Shown here: piece after piece, positions 32,674 to 40,663 of the stretch | Position numbering within the stretch: the first letter of the stretch is position 1 | Layout: every line of letters begins with the position of its first letter | NCBI GenBank assembly: GCA_003104895.1 | Contig: PQAG01000055.1 | Location: 1-42,288 of the forward strand | Source of the DNA: Nitrosomonadales bacterium | GTDB taxonomy: Bacteria; Pseudomonadota; Gammaproteobacteria; Burkholderiales; Sulfuricellaceae | Direction of reading: 5' to 3' | DNA: 42,288 bases | Program-made: the position numbers and the translations under genes | The notes under the pieces: model-generated | What the model saw: only the letters and a program-made list of their open reading frames with translations | Database searches by the model: none | What the model was told of the DNA's origin: nothing

Positions 32674-34014
32674 TCACAAATAGCGCAGCCAAAAATAAGC
32701 ACTGCTCACCGCAATGCTCGCCAGCATCAGCGGGAAGGCCATGAGCATGAAGGGCAGGAAACGGATCGGCTGGCCGGCGCGCTCGGCGAAGCCGGCCACC
32801 ACCAGGTTGGCGCTCGCCCCCACCAGGCTGCCGTTGCCGCCCAGGCAGGCACCCAGCGCCAGCGACCACCACAGGGTGTTGATGTTTTCAGCGCCGAAGG
32901 CTGGTGCCATGCTGTGGATCACCGGGATCATGGTGGCGACAAAGGGAATGTTGTCCACCAGCGCCGAGGCCACCGCCGACACCCACAGGATGATGAAGGA
33001 GGTGGCAGCGAAATCGCCGCCGGTCAGCGCCATCAGTTGCTGCGCCAGCAGCTTGAGGGCGCCGGCCTTTTCCACGCCCGCCACCACCACGAACAGGCCG
33101 ACGAAGAAAAAGATCGTGACCCATTCCACCTCGGCGAAGCTGCGCTGTACCTGGTGCGACTGATCTTCGCCATGCTGGTCCCAGACCCGCAGCAGCAACA
33201 GCAGTGCCGCACCGAACATGGCGATGGTGGCTGGTTCCTGCTTGACGGCGTGAGCCAGCATGAAGCCCAGGATGACCAGCGCGATCACCGCCAGGGACTG
33301 CTTTAGAAGGCGCGGGTCGGTAATCGCCTGATCCGCGTCGAAAGCCATCACCTGGGCGCGGTCTTCCGGTGCGGCGTAGAGTTTTCTGCCCCAGATCAGG
33401 TAAAAAGGGACCAGCGTTAGGATGAAAACCGCGCCCGCCAGCGGCGCGAGGTTGAACAGGAAGTCGTTGAATCCGAGCCCGGTCGCGGAGCCGATCATGA
33501 TGTTGGGCGGATCGCCGATCAAGGTGGCGCTGCCGCCGATGTTGGAGGCGAAGATCAGAGCGAACAGGTAAGGGTAAGGCTTGAGCTTGAGGGCGTCGGT
33601 GATAAGCAGCGTTACCGGGGCAATCAGCAGCACCGTGGTGACGTTGTCGAGCAGGGCGGAAAACAGCGCTGTCACCACCGAGAGCATCACCATCAGCCCC
33701 CAGGGATCGGCCTTGACCGCCTTGGCCGCAACCACTGCCACGTACTGGAACACGCCACTTTTCTGTGTGATGGCGACGATCACCATCATCCCCGTCAACA
33801 GTCCGATGGTGTTGAGGTCGATGCCGGCGAAGGCCTCGCTTTGGTGCAGCACACCAGAGAAGATCATCAGCCCCGCGCCGAGCAGGGCGACGATGGCGCG
33901 GTTGATTTTCTCGGTGACGATGACGGCGTAGGTAAGAACAAAGATGGCGAGCGAGACCAGCAGCGGGCTCAGGCCGAACAATACTTGCGTTGCGCTGGCA
34001 GCGGCACCGTGCAT
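32674..34014 (-). CDS. ArsB/NhaD-family (ion transporter superfamily) permease
   Basis: About 12 TM segments; SALLDNVTTVLL, ASNIGGSATLIGDPPNIMIG, SALVDNIPFVATMIP, GGNGSLVGASAN. Confidence 0.92.
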   Translation of the reverse strand: MHGAAASATQVLFGLSPLLVSLAIFVLTYAVIVTEKINRAIVALLGAGLMIFSGVLHQSEAFAGIDLNTIGLLTGMMVIVAITQKSGVFQYVAVVAAKAVKADPWGLMVMLSVVTALFSALLDNVTTVLLIAPVTLLITDALKLKPYPYLFALIFASNIGGSATLIGDPPNIMIGSATGLGFNDFLFNLAPLAGAVFILTLVPFYLIWGRKLYAAPEDRAQVMAFDADQAITDPRLLKQSLAVIALVILGFMLAHAVKQEPATIAMFGAALLLLLRVWDQHGEDQSHQVQRSFAEVEWVTIFFFVGLFVVVAGVEKAGALKLLAQQLMALTGGDFAATSFIILWVSAVASALVDNIPFVATMIPVIHSMAPAFGAENINTLWWSLALGACLGGNGSLVGASANLVVAGFAERAGQPIRFLPFMLMAFPLMLASIAVSSAYFWLRYL

Positions 34015-34015
34015 G

Positions 34016-34477
34016 TCAGACCCCCGCCTGTTGCGCGAGATGGGCGAGCAGCGCGCGGCGGCTCAGCATGCCGCGCAGTTTGCCGTCCGCGCCCACCACC
34101 GGCAACGGCGCGGTGCTGTTGGTGAGCAGCAGCGCCGCCTCCAGCAGCGGGCAATCCTCGTCCAGCAGCGGGACATCCTTCTTGGCGAATTCTCCTGCCG
34201 TCAGGCCCTCCAGATCATGCAGCCGGCTGGTCAGCATGCGCTCGGCATCGCCGGCGAAACGGAGGTCGGACAAGCCTCCTGCCGCCCGTGCGCTGGCCGG
34301 GATCAGCGCCCGCAGCACGGAGTTGGTGCTGACGATGCCTGAAAAATTACCGTTGCCGTCGCACAAGGGCACATGGTTGATCTGCTTCTCCAACATCAGT
34401 TTGAGTGCTTCCATCAAGTTGGACTCGGGCCGAAGGCAAACGCTGGGCGGGCAAATGGGGATGGCCTTGATCGACAT
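34016..34477 (-). CDS. Stand-alone CBS-pair protein
   Basis: GGAG RBS before MSIKAIP; two CBS motifs (INHVPLCD..GIVS; PLPVVG..GMLS); 1 nt upstream of the permease. Confidence 0.88.
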   Translation of the reverse strand: MSIKAIPICPPSVCLRPESNLMEALKLMLEKQINHVPLCDGNGNFSGIVSTNSVLRALIPASARAAGGLSDLRFAGDAERMLTSRLHDLEGLTAGEFAKKDVPLLDEDCPLLEAALLLTNSTAPLPVVGADGKLRGMLSRRALLAHLAQQAGV

Positions 34478-34673
34478 ATTTTCTCCGGAGTTAGGGGAAA
34501 GGGGATTGCCTCGAGTCAATTCAAATGATAGTGGAATGGACCTGGCAAATGGAAAAAACCGGCGGGAGCGGTTTCGGCGACACCGAGGTGTTCCTGCATT
34601 GTTCGAGGCCATGCATGAAGCGTTTTCCTTCAAGGCTATCCGCATAGATTGAGGATGGTGAGACCTGACCGTG

Positions 34674-35027
34674 CTAGCGGTGATGAGATGTCCCTTCAGG
34701 TGACGCAGGATCAAGCACTGGAGAGCTGTTGTTCTGATCCGCCTTCAAGGACTCGGCCAGTTTTTTCTCAAGCGCGTTATGCGCCTTCTCCAACTCCTCT
34801 ATGCGTTTCTGCTGCTTGGCTAGTGTCCAATGCCGCCGCAATGTCGATGGGGCCGAGACTAGCGCGAAGATGATGCCGCCAAGCGCCAGCGCGATCAGCA
34901 ACACCATGGCAAGGGAGCTGTCGAGGCGCCAAAGCAGAAAATTGACCGTTACGGGCACGTTGTTCTGTAGGGCGAACATGACGCCGCCTATGGAAAAAAG
35001 TATCGCTACGATGGTGAGAAGTTGCAT
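34674..35027 (-). CDS. LapA/DUF1049-like small membrane protein
   Basis: FALQNNVPVTVNFLLW signature, two TM segments and a C-terminal coiled coil; AAGGA RBS. Confidence 0.85.
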   Translation of the reverse strand: MQLLTIVAILFSIGGVMFALQNNVPVTVNFLLWRLDSSLAMVLLIALALGGIIFALVSAPSTLRRHWTLAKQQKRIEELEKAHNALEKKLAESLKADQNNSSPVLDPASPEGTSHHR

Positions 35028-35129
35028 GGTTATTCCTTTTCCAGAAGGTTCTGAAATGAATTATTATACAAAATATTATTGAATAATAATAAAATAATGT
35101 ATTTTTCAAACCTTGATATCCACCTACAC

Positions 35130-36824
35130 ATGAACACCACAAACCAAGAGCAAACAGTTTCCGGGAACATCTCCGTAGCTCAAGGCCGGATAACCAGGCT
35201 ATTCATGTTCTGGTGGCGCCGGCACATGCGCGATCTGGAGCGGGATGCCACCAACGAGCAGGTAAATGAGGATGGAGGCCTGAGTTACGCCTACGCATTC
35301 CTGGTCGTGACCTCTTGCGGCATCGCCACTTTAGGCCTCATGCTGAATTCGGCAGCAGTGATTATCGGCGCCATGCTGGTGGCCCCCCTCATGGGGCCAA
35401 TCGTGCTGCTGGGTTTTGCCATCGCCGAAACCGATGTGGAGAAGGCCATCCGCAGCGCGAAGGCCTTGGCGGTGGGGGTGGCAGCGGCTCTGACCATATC
35501 CGTCATTATTGTCAAACTCTCGCCCTACATTCCACCCACGCCGGAGATCCTGGCGCGCACCAACCCCAACCTGTTCGATCTGCTGGTGGCGGTGCTTTCC
35601 GGCATGGTGGCAGGCTATGCTGTGACCCACCGCAAGATCGGCACCGTTGCCGGCGTGGCCATTGCTACTGCCTTGATGCCGCCGCTGGCCGCTTCCGGTT
35701 ATGGGCTGGCGATGGGCGACTTGAACATCTTCCAGGGTGCCTTTTTTCTGTTTCTCACCAATATGCTGGCCATTGCCCTCACCGTGGCCGGCATGGCCAC
35801 TTGGTATGGTTTCGGCAACCTGCGCACGCCCAAGCACCTGATCTGGGAGACAGTGCTCGCGGCGATGATCCTGGTAGTGCTCTCCATCCCGCTGGTCAGG
35901 ACCCTGAATGAAAGCGTTGCCAAGACCATGACTGTGAATGAAGTCGAGAGCGTTTTGAGGCAAGGTTTCAAGATCGAAGGCGCCAGTCTGGACAAATTGA
36001 ATGTGCAAATGGTTGAAGGCAAGCCGGTGCAGGTCAGCGCTGTGGTGTTCACCCGGGAATTCGACAAGGGCGCCCATGACCGCCTGTTGCCTCAATTGCG
36101 CGAGCGTCTCGGCCGTCCAGTGGAGTTTTCCCTCGATCAGGTGGTGCTGGGGGATAGCCTGTTACTGGCAGGCGCGGGAAAATCGGTCATTGCCAACCCG
36201 GTGGGGCAGAATTTGCAGCCCAACCTGCCCTTGAGCGACGCGCAATTGCTGGTGCGGCATCTGCGCGAGGTGCTGCCTTTGCCCTTGACTTTGTCGGAGA
36301 TAAATGCCAATGCCAAGGTCGCCAAGCTGCAGGTCGCACCAGCTTATGTCGGCAGCCTGGACACCCTGCGGCAAATGGAGGCAAGCCTGCAAAACCGCTA
36401 CCCCGCCTGGCAAATCGCCATCATCCCGCCCATGCGTTCATTGCCCGAGATTCGCTTCCAGTATGGATCCACGGAGCTGACCGAAGGTGGGCAGCCAGCG
36501 CTGCAGACTTCGCTGTGGACGCTTAAGCGCTGGCAGGTGAGTAGCGTGCGGGTGACTGGCGGGGCAAGCTTGCAGGAAAACGGCCGCAAGACCTCCTCCA
36601 TGGCGCGCCAGCGAGCCGAGCTGATCGCCAGCCAGCTGCGCGCGGCTGGCCTTGTGGCAGAAGCGGCCTCTGTCTACCCGGCAGCCGAGCAGAAAGCGCT
36701 GGAAAAGGAGCAGGGCATTGCAGCCTGGCGCGTCGCGCGTATCCAGCCCATCCTGGAGGGCATGGAAGCAGTGGGAGGCCGCGATGCTCCAGGCGTCACG
36801 ACCGACACCCAGCGAAACCAGTAA
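35130..36824 (+). CDS. DUF389 (TIGR00341-like) membrane protein with C-terminal OmpA-like domain
   Basis: NSAAVIIGAMLVAPLMGPI, EILARTNPNLFDL, GVAIATALMPPL, FLTN; C-terminus IRFQYGSTEL...VRVTG...RAELIASQL. Start is uncertain (35130 preferred). Confidence 0.85.
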   Translation: MNTTNQEQTVSGNISVAQGRITRLFMFWWRRHMRDLERDATNEQVNEDGGLSYAYAFLVVTSCGIATLGLMLNSAAVIIGAMLVAPLMGPIVLLGFAIAETDVEKAIRSAKALAVGVAAALTISVIIVKLSPYIPPTPEILARTNPNLFDLLVAVLSGMVAGYAVTHRKIGTVAGVAIATALMPPLAASGYGLAMGDLNIFQGAFFLFLTNMLAIALTVAGMATWYGFGNLRTPKHLIWETVLAAMILVVLSIPLVRTLNESVAKTMTVNEVESVLRQGFKIEGASLDKLNVQMVEGKPVQVSAVVFTREFDKGAHDRLLPQLRERLGRPVEFSLDQVVLGDSLLLAGAGKSVIANPVGQNLQPNLPLSDAQLLVRHLREVLPLPLTLSEINANAKVAKLQVAPAYVGSLDTLRQMEASLQNRYPAWQIAIIPPMRSLPEIRFQYGSTELTEGGQPALQTSLWTLKRWQVSSVRVTGGASLQENGRKTSSMARQRAELIASQLRAAGLVAEAASVYPAAEQKALEKEQGIAAWRVARIQPILEGMEAVGGRDAPGVTTDTQRNQ

Positions 36825-36838
36825 TCCGCAGCAAGGAC

Positions 36839-37330
36839 ATGAACATGAGCACATCGCTCGCCACTGAAACCCTGAAACAGTTTCGCATCATCATCGCTGC
36901 CGCACGCCATCACTTCCGCGACTTGGAATCCACTTGCGGCATCTCCGGAGCCCAGCTCTGGATCCTCTCCGCCATCGCCGAAACCCCGGGCATCACTGTC
37001 TCCCAGCTGAGTGAAACCCTGTCTGTGCACGTCTCCACTGCCAGCAATATGCTGGACAAGCTGGCCAGGTCCGGACTGCTGGAACGCTTACGCAGCGAAG
37101 AAGACCGTCGCGTGGTGAACCTTCGCCTGACCGAAAATGGCCAGGCCGTACTTGATCGTGCGCCCAAGCCCTTTACCGGGCTGGTGCCCTATGCCCTGGA
37201 AAAATTGCCTGAAAAGACGCTGGCCCGGCTGCATGAAGACTTGAACCTGCTGATCCAGCAAATGAACTACACTGATTACAGCGCTTCCAGCAAACCGCTT
37301 TCTACCCTGTTGCGACGAGATGCATCATGA
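36839..37330 (+). CDS. MarR-family transcriptional regulator
   Basis: GISGAQLWIL, HTH VSTASNMLDKL, wing RSEEDRRVVNLRLTENG. Confidence 0.93.
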   Translation: MNMSTSLATETLKQFRIIIAAARHHFRDLESTCGISGAQLWILSAIAETPGITVSQLSETLSVHVSTASNMLDKLARSGLLERLRSEEDRRVVNLRLTENGQAVLDRAPKPFTGLVPYALEKLPEKTLARLHEDLNLLIQQMNYTDYSASSKPLSTLLRRDAS

Positions 37331-37459
37331 ACCATTTGGAAATGGAGCCTGGTCCTTGCTGGTGCTGGGCCAAGGAGTAGAGTCCTCCAACGGTCCGGAC
37401 TTCAGCGCCCTGCTGGCAGTAAATATTCTACACATTCAGCTTCGACATCCACACCACCA

Positions 37460-38668
37460 TCATTTGTTGTCCTCATCCACGGCCATTTTCAGCATCTCGA
37501 AAATATCCGGGATGGCCGAGATCACCCGGTTCCAGTTCGGGATCAATGGTGTCGTCATAGGGTTTTCCATGAACACCTGGGTAGCCATTGCGATGGCTCT
37601 GGTAAATGCCTCCACCGCCATTGCCTCTTCGTGCCGGTCAAACTTGAGGCCATTGATGGCCGCATCTGCCTCGTATTTTATGATCGTATCCTCGGCCTGC
37701 CGCAGGTAGGATACCAGCAGGGATTTGAACAGGCCATCTGAAAACACCACCCCCTCCGATGCCAGGGTTCTGAAGATGGATTTGCAGATATCCACCGTCA
37801 TTTTCATCAAGCCCTTGCTGGCATCATCCGCGGAAAGGATTTGATGTTTGTGCTCGTAATTCGCTGCGATATCAACCTGGCATACCCGGCGGGGTGAATA
37901 GTTCCGGTGCACCTCGGCAAGGGAGCCCACCTCCAGCCCCCAGTCCCAGGGGATCCGGTTCACCCGGGCCAAATCCGTGATCATGCAGAATTCCCCGGAG
38001 AGCGGATAGCGAAAACTGTCGAGGAAAGCGAGAAAATCATGCGGCCCGATGAGCTGTTCCAAGGCCTTAATAAGTGGCGTCACCAATAACCTGGTGACAC
38101 GCCCGTTCAGCCCGCTTGATACCCGGCTGTAATACCCCTTGCAAAAGACGTAATCCAGATTGGGGTGGACCACGGGATAGCATAACCGTGCCAGGAGTTC
38201 ACGGCTGTATGTGACGATGTCGCAATCGTGCAGGGCAATGACGTCGGAACGGGCGCGCGCAAGAATATAGCCATAGGCAATCCATGCCGAGCGCCCCTTG
38301 CCACGTTCGCCCACATTGAATCCGTTGCGGGCGAATGTTTCATATATTTCATTGATCCTTTTGCTGTCATTGTGGATGATCTTTACTTCCGTCGAGATCG
38401 GCGACATGAACTCGCGCACGCGCTTGAAATCCTTCTCCGATGCCTTGTCGAGGACCAGCACGATTTCATTCAGATACTTGACCTTGGCGAGCTCCTGCAC
38501 GATGCCCGGCATGGCCGGCCCTTCGAACTCAGAATAAAGGGCCGGCAAGGCCAGGGCTACAGGCCTGGTTTTTACGTAGCCAAGCAATTCGGACTCGATC
38601 CGCTCCAGCGAAGGTTTGCCGAGTTGATGGAGCGTTGTAATGATGCCGGACTGATAAAAATCGGACAT
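37460..38668 (-). CDS. gpgS: Glucosyl-3-phosphoglycerate synthase-like glycosyltransferase
   Basis: MSDFYQSGIITTLH N-terminus, LPALYSE, GKGRSAW, DXD motif LHDCD, KGYY, GRVTRL, YPLSGEF, WGLEVG, YEHKHQ. Sugar specificity is inferred. Confidence 0.8.
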   Translation of the reverse strand: MSDFYQSGIITTLHQLGKPSLERIESELLGYVKTRPVALALPALYSEFEGPAMPGIVQELAKVKYLNEIVLVLDKASEKDFKRVREFMSPISTEVKIIHNDSKRINEIYETFARNGFNVGERGKGRSAWIAYGYILARARSDVIALHDCDIVTYSRELLARLCYPVVHPNLDYVFCKGYYSRVSSGLNGRVTRLLVTPLIKALEQLIGPHDFLAFLDSFRYPLSGEFCMITDLARVNRIPWDWGLEVGSLAEVHRNYSPRRVCQVDIAANYEHKHQILSADDASKGLMKMTVDICKSIFRTLASEGVVFSDGLFKSLLVSYLRQAEDTIIKYEADAAINGLKFDRHEEAMAVEAFTRAIAMATQVFMENPMTTPLIPNWNRVISAIPDIFEMLKMAVDEDNK

Positions 38669-38682
38669 GATTTCTCCTTCAG

Positions 38683-39387
38683 TTAGAGGGGGTCGATATC
38701 ATCTTTTGTTTCCTCAACGCTCTTTCCCGCGCTTTCTCTTTCAATCATCCGTCTCGCCGCATCAATGCCGCCCACACCGAATGAAATCGCCAGCGCGGTC
38801 ACGATGCCGCCAAAGATGATCGTAAAGGCGGCGAGCACGATGCTGGGCGCTATCTGGAGTTGCTCCATGGCCATGGCCAGAATCAACACCATCAACAGGG
38901 TGCGGATGGCCTCGGCAATCAGTTTGGCGTAGTGGTAACCGCTGTTTACCGCGGCAATCAATATTCCCTGGCTGACGAACCCGGTTAGCACATAGCCGAT
39001 GGCCAGAATCAGGGCAGCTGAAAAGGCGCGGGGTATATAGTTGAAGACTTCAGTGACCAGACTGTCGATCGCCGGTATCTTGAGGGCGCTTAGGCCAATC
39101 ATCAGGGTGAGGATGATCATCAGCCAGAAGATGATGGCGCCGAGTGTGGCGGAGGGTTTTCCCCATACATCCCCCTTGCGCATCAACGTGGTAAAGCCCA
39201 TGCGGTCGGACCAGCTGTCGAAGTTGATGGCGATCAGGGATTTGACCAGTATGGCCTTGACGAGCTTGGCCAGGACAATGCCCAACACCAGGATGATCAG
39301 CATGGCCAGAAGATTGGGCAAAAAGACCTTGAACTTCAAAAATACTTCCTGCAGGGGGTCGAGTATCAGGTTCAGAAAATCCATCAT
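38683..39387 (-). CDS. Membrane protein made of MscS/CmpX-type conserved TM-helix repeats, with no cytoplasmic channel cage
   Basis: Two units FLPNLLAMLIILVLG / YIPRAFSAALILAIG and C-terminal ALAISFGVGG; 234 aa. Confidence 0.8.
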   Translation of the reverse strand: MMDFLNLILDPLQEVFLKFKVFLPNLLAMLIILVLGIVLAKLVKAILVKSLIAINFDSWSDRMGFTTLMRKGDVWGKPSATLGAIIFWLMIILTLMIGLSALKIPAIDSLVTEVFNYIPRAFSAALILAIGYVLTGFVSQGILIAAVNSGYHYAKLIAEAIRTLLMVLILAMAMEQLQIAPSIVLAAFTIIFGGIVTALAISFGVGGIDAARRMIERESAGKSVEETKDDIDPL

Positions 39388-39397
39388 GATTGACTCC

Positions 39398-40663
39398 TTA
39401 AGATTTTTTCCAGCTGGTTACGAGGTAGTCCTTGCTGTTTTCGAACTCCATGCAAAGTTTTTCGATCTCGGCTTCTGCCTCATGTCCTTCCATGTCTTTC
39501 GCCGCAAGGATGAACGATGCGGTTTTCCCGATATAAAGCGGGGTCAGTGACTTGATCAGGTGCTCGGCAGGCAATTTCTTCTGGTGGAAAGCAATAGCGT
39601 AATCATAGATCACCCGCGTCCAGAGGCTGAGGGGGAAGTCAAACTCGCCATCACTCAAGGCGCTCAACCGCTCCACCTCCCTGAAATCTCCGCTGCCGAG
39701 AATTTTTACCCAGATCTCGCGCAGGTTGTTCAGCCCTTCCCGGAACAGGTTCAGCATTCGGGCTATATTGACGTTGACGTGTTCGAGCCCGACCGTATAT
39801 TCGAAGCCGAATGTGGTTACCGGGTCGGAGCCGCGGATGGGCGCCCAAACCTCGGCGTATTCCTCCATCAGGTCGAAGTTCGCGCTGGCCACCTGGTAGA
39901 GCATGCTGCTCAGGTCGGCGCCCGGGTCCTTGGCGTCGTGAATCTTGGCGCCAAGAAAGGACTGGGAGATCTTGAAACCGTTTGCGATCGCTGTCGTGGT
40001 CATCCAGATATCGATGCCGAAACGGGCGACATCCGATTGCCAAACATCCTTGGTCAGATAGAACTGCGCCAGTCGCCCTGAGAAACCGAAATCGCCGCCG
40101 ATGGGCTGGCGCACCCGTTTGCCATAGAGCGTTCGGGTAAGGGGGTAGACGATGCTGTTGGTGATGGTTCCGTCGAACTTATGGCGGTGGTAGAGCGGTG
40201 CAACATAGTCAAAGCCACCATGCAATACCGGCTTTACGAGCAGTTCGATCCACTCGGGCGTGATGCTCCTGAGATCCGAATCAACCACAACGCAGGCCTT
40301 TGCACCCAGGGTTCGGGCGATTTCGAAAATGCTGCGAAAGGCACTTCCCTTGCCGGGAATGCCGGAATAGGGGAAGGTGATCTTGGAGATGGGCTCAACG
40401 CGGTGGTGAAGCAGGATGGCGTTGAAGTCCTCGACCGCCGTGTTCTGCACGACATCAATGGTGCCGTCGCTGGAGCCACCGTCGGAATTTACAATCACTG
40501 CCTTGTAAGTGGGAAAGTATTTCGCCAGGCCGGCCTGTACCGCGCGAACGACGTGGCCGATGGTGCGCGCGTTATTGAAGCTCGGTATGCCAACGATAAT
40601 GTCGGCGGCCCCGATCTTCTCAATCTGCTCATGCACCTCTGTTCTGAAGGTAATATCATTCAT
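39398..40663 (-). CDS. Glucosylglycerate synthase-like (Ggs/Mgs-type single-step) glycosyltransferase
   Basis: DIIVGIPSFNNARTI, NSDGGSSDGT, GKGSAF, DXD motif VVDSDLRSI, RHKFDGTITN, RQPIGGDFG, FGIDIWMT, KIHDAKDP. Start 40663 overlaps the upstream stop. Confidence 0.8.
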   Translation of the reverse strand: MNDITFRTEVHEQIEKIGAADIIVGIPSFNNARTIGHVVRAVQAGLAKYFPTYKAVIVNSDGGSSDGTIDVVQNTAVEDFNAILLHHRVEPISKITFPYSGIPGKGSAFRSIFEIARTLGAKACVVVDSDLRSITPEWIELLVKPVLHGGFDYVAPLYHRHKFDGTITNSIVYPLTRTLYGKRVRQPIGGDFGFSGRLAQFYLTKDVWQSDVARFGIDIWMTTTAIANGFKISQSFLGAKIHDAKDPGADLSSMLYQVASANFDLMEEYAEVWAPIRGSDPVTTFGFEYTVGLEHVNVNIARMLNLFREGLNNLREIWVKILGSGDFREVERLSALSDGEFDFPLSLWTRVIYDYAIAFHQKKLPAEHLIKSLTPLYIGKTASFILAAKDMEGHEAEAEIEKLCMEFENSKDYLVTSWKKS

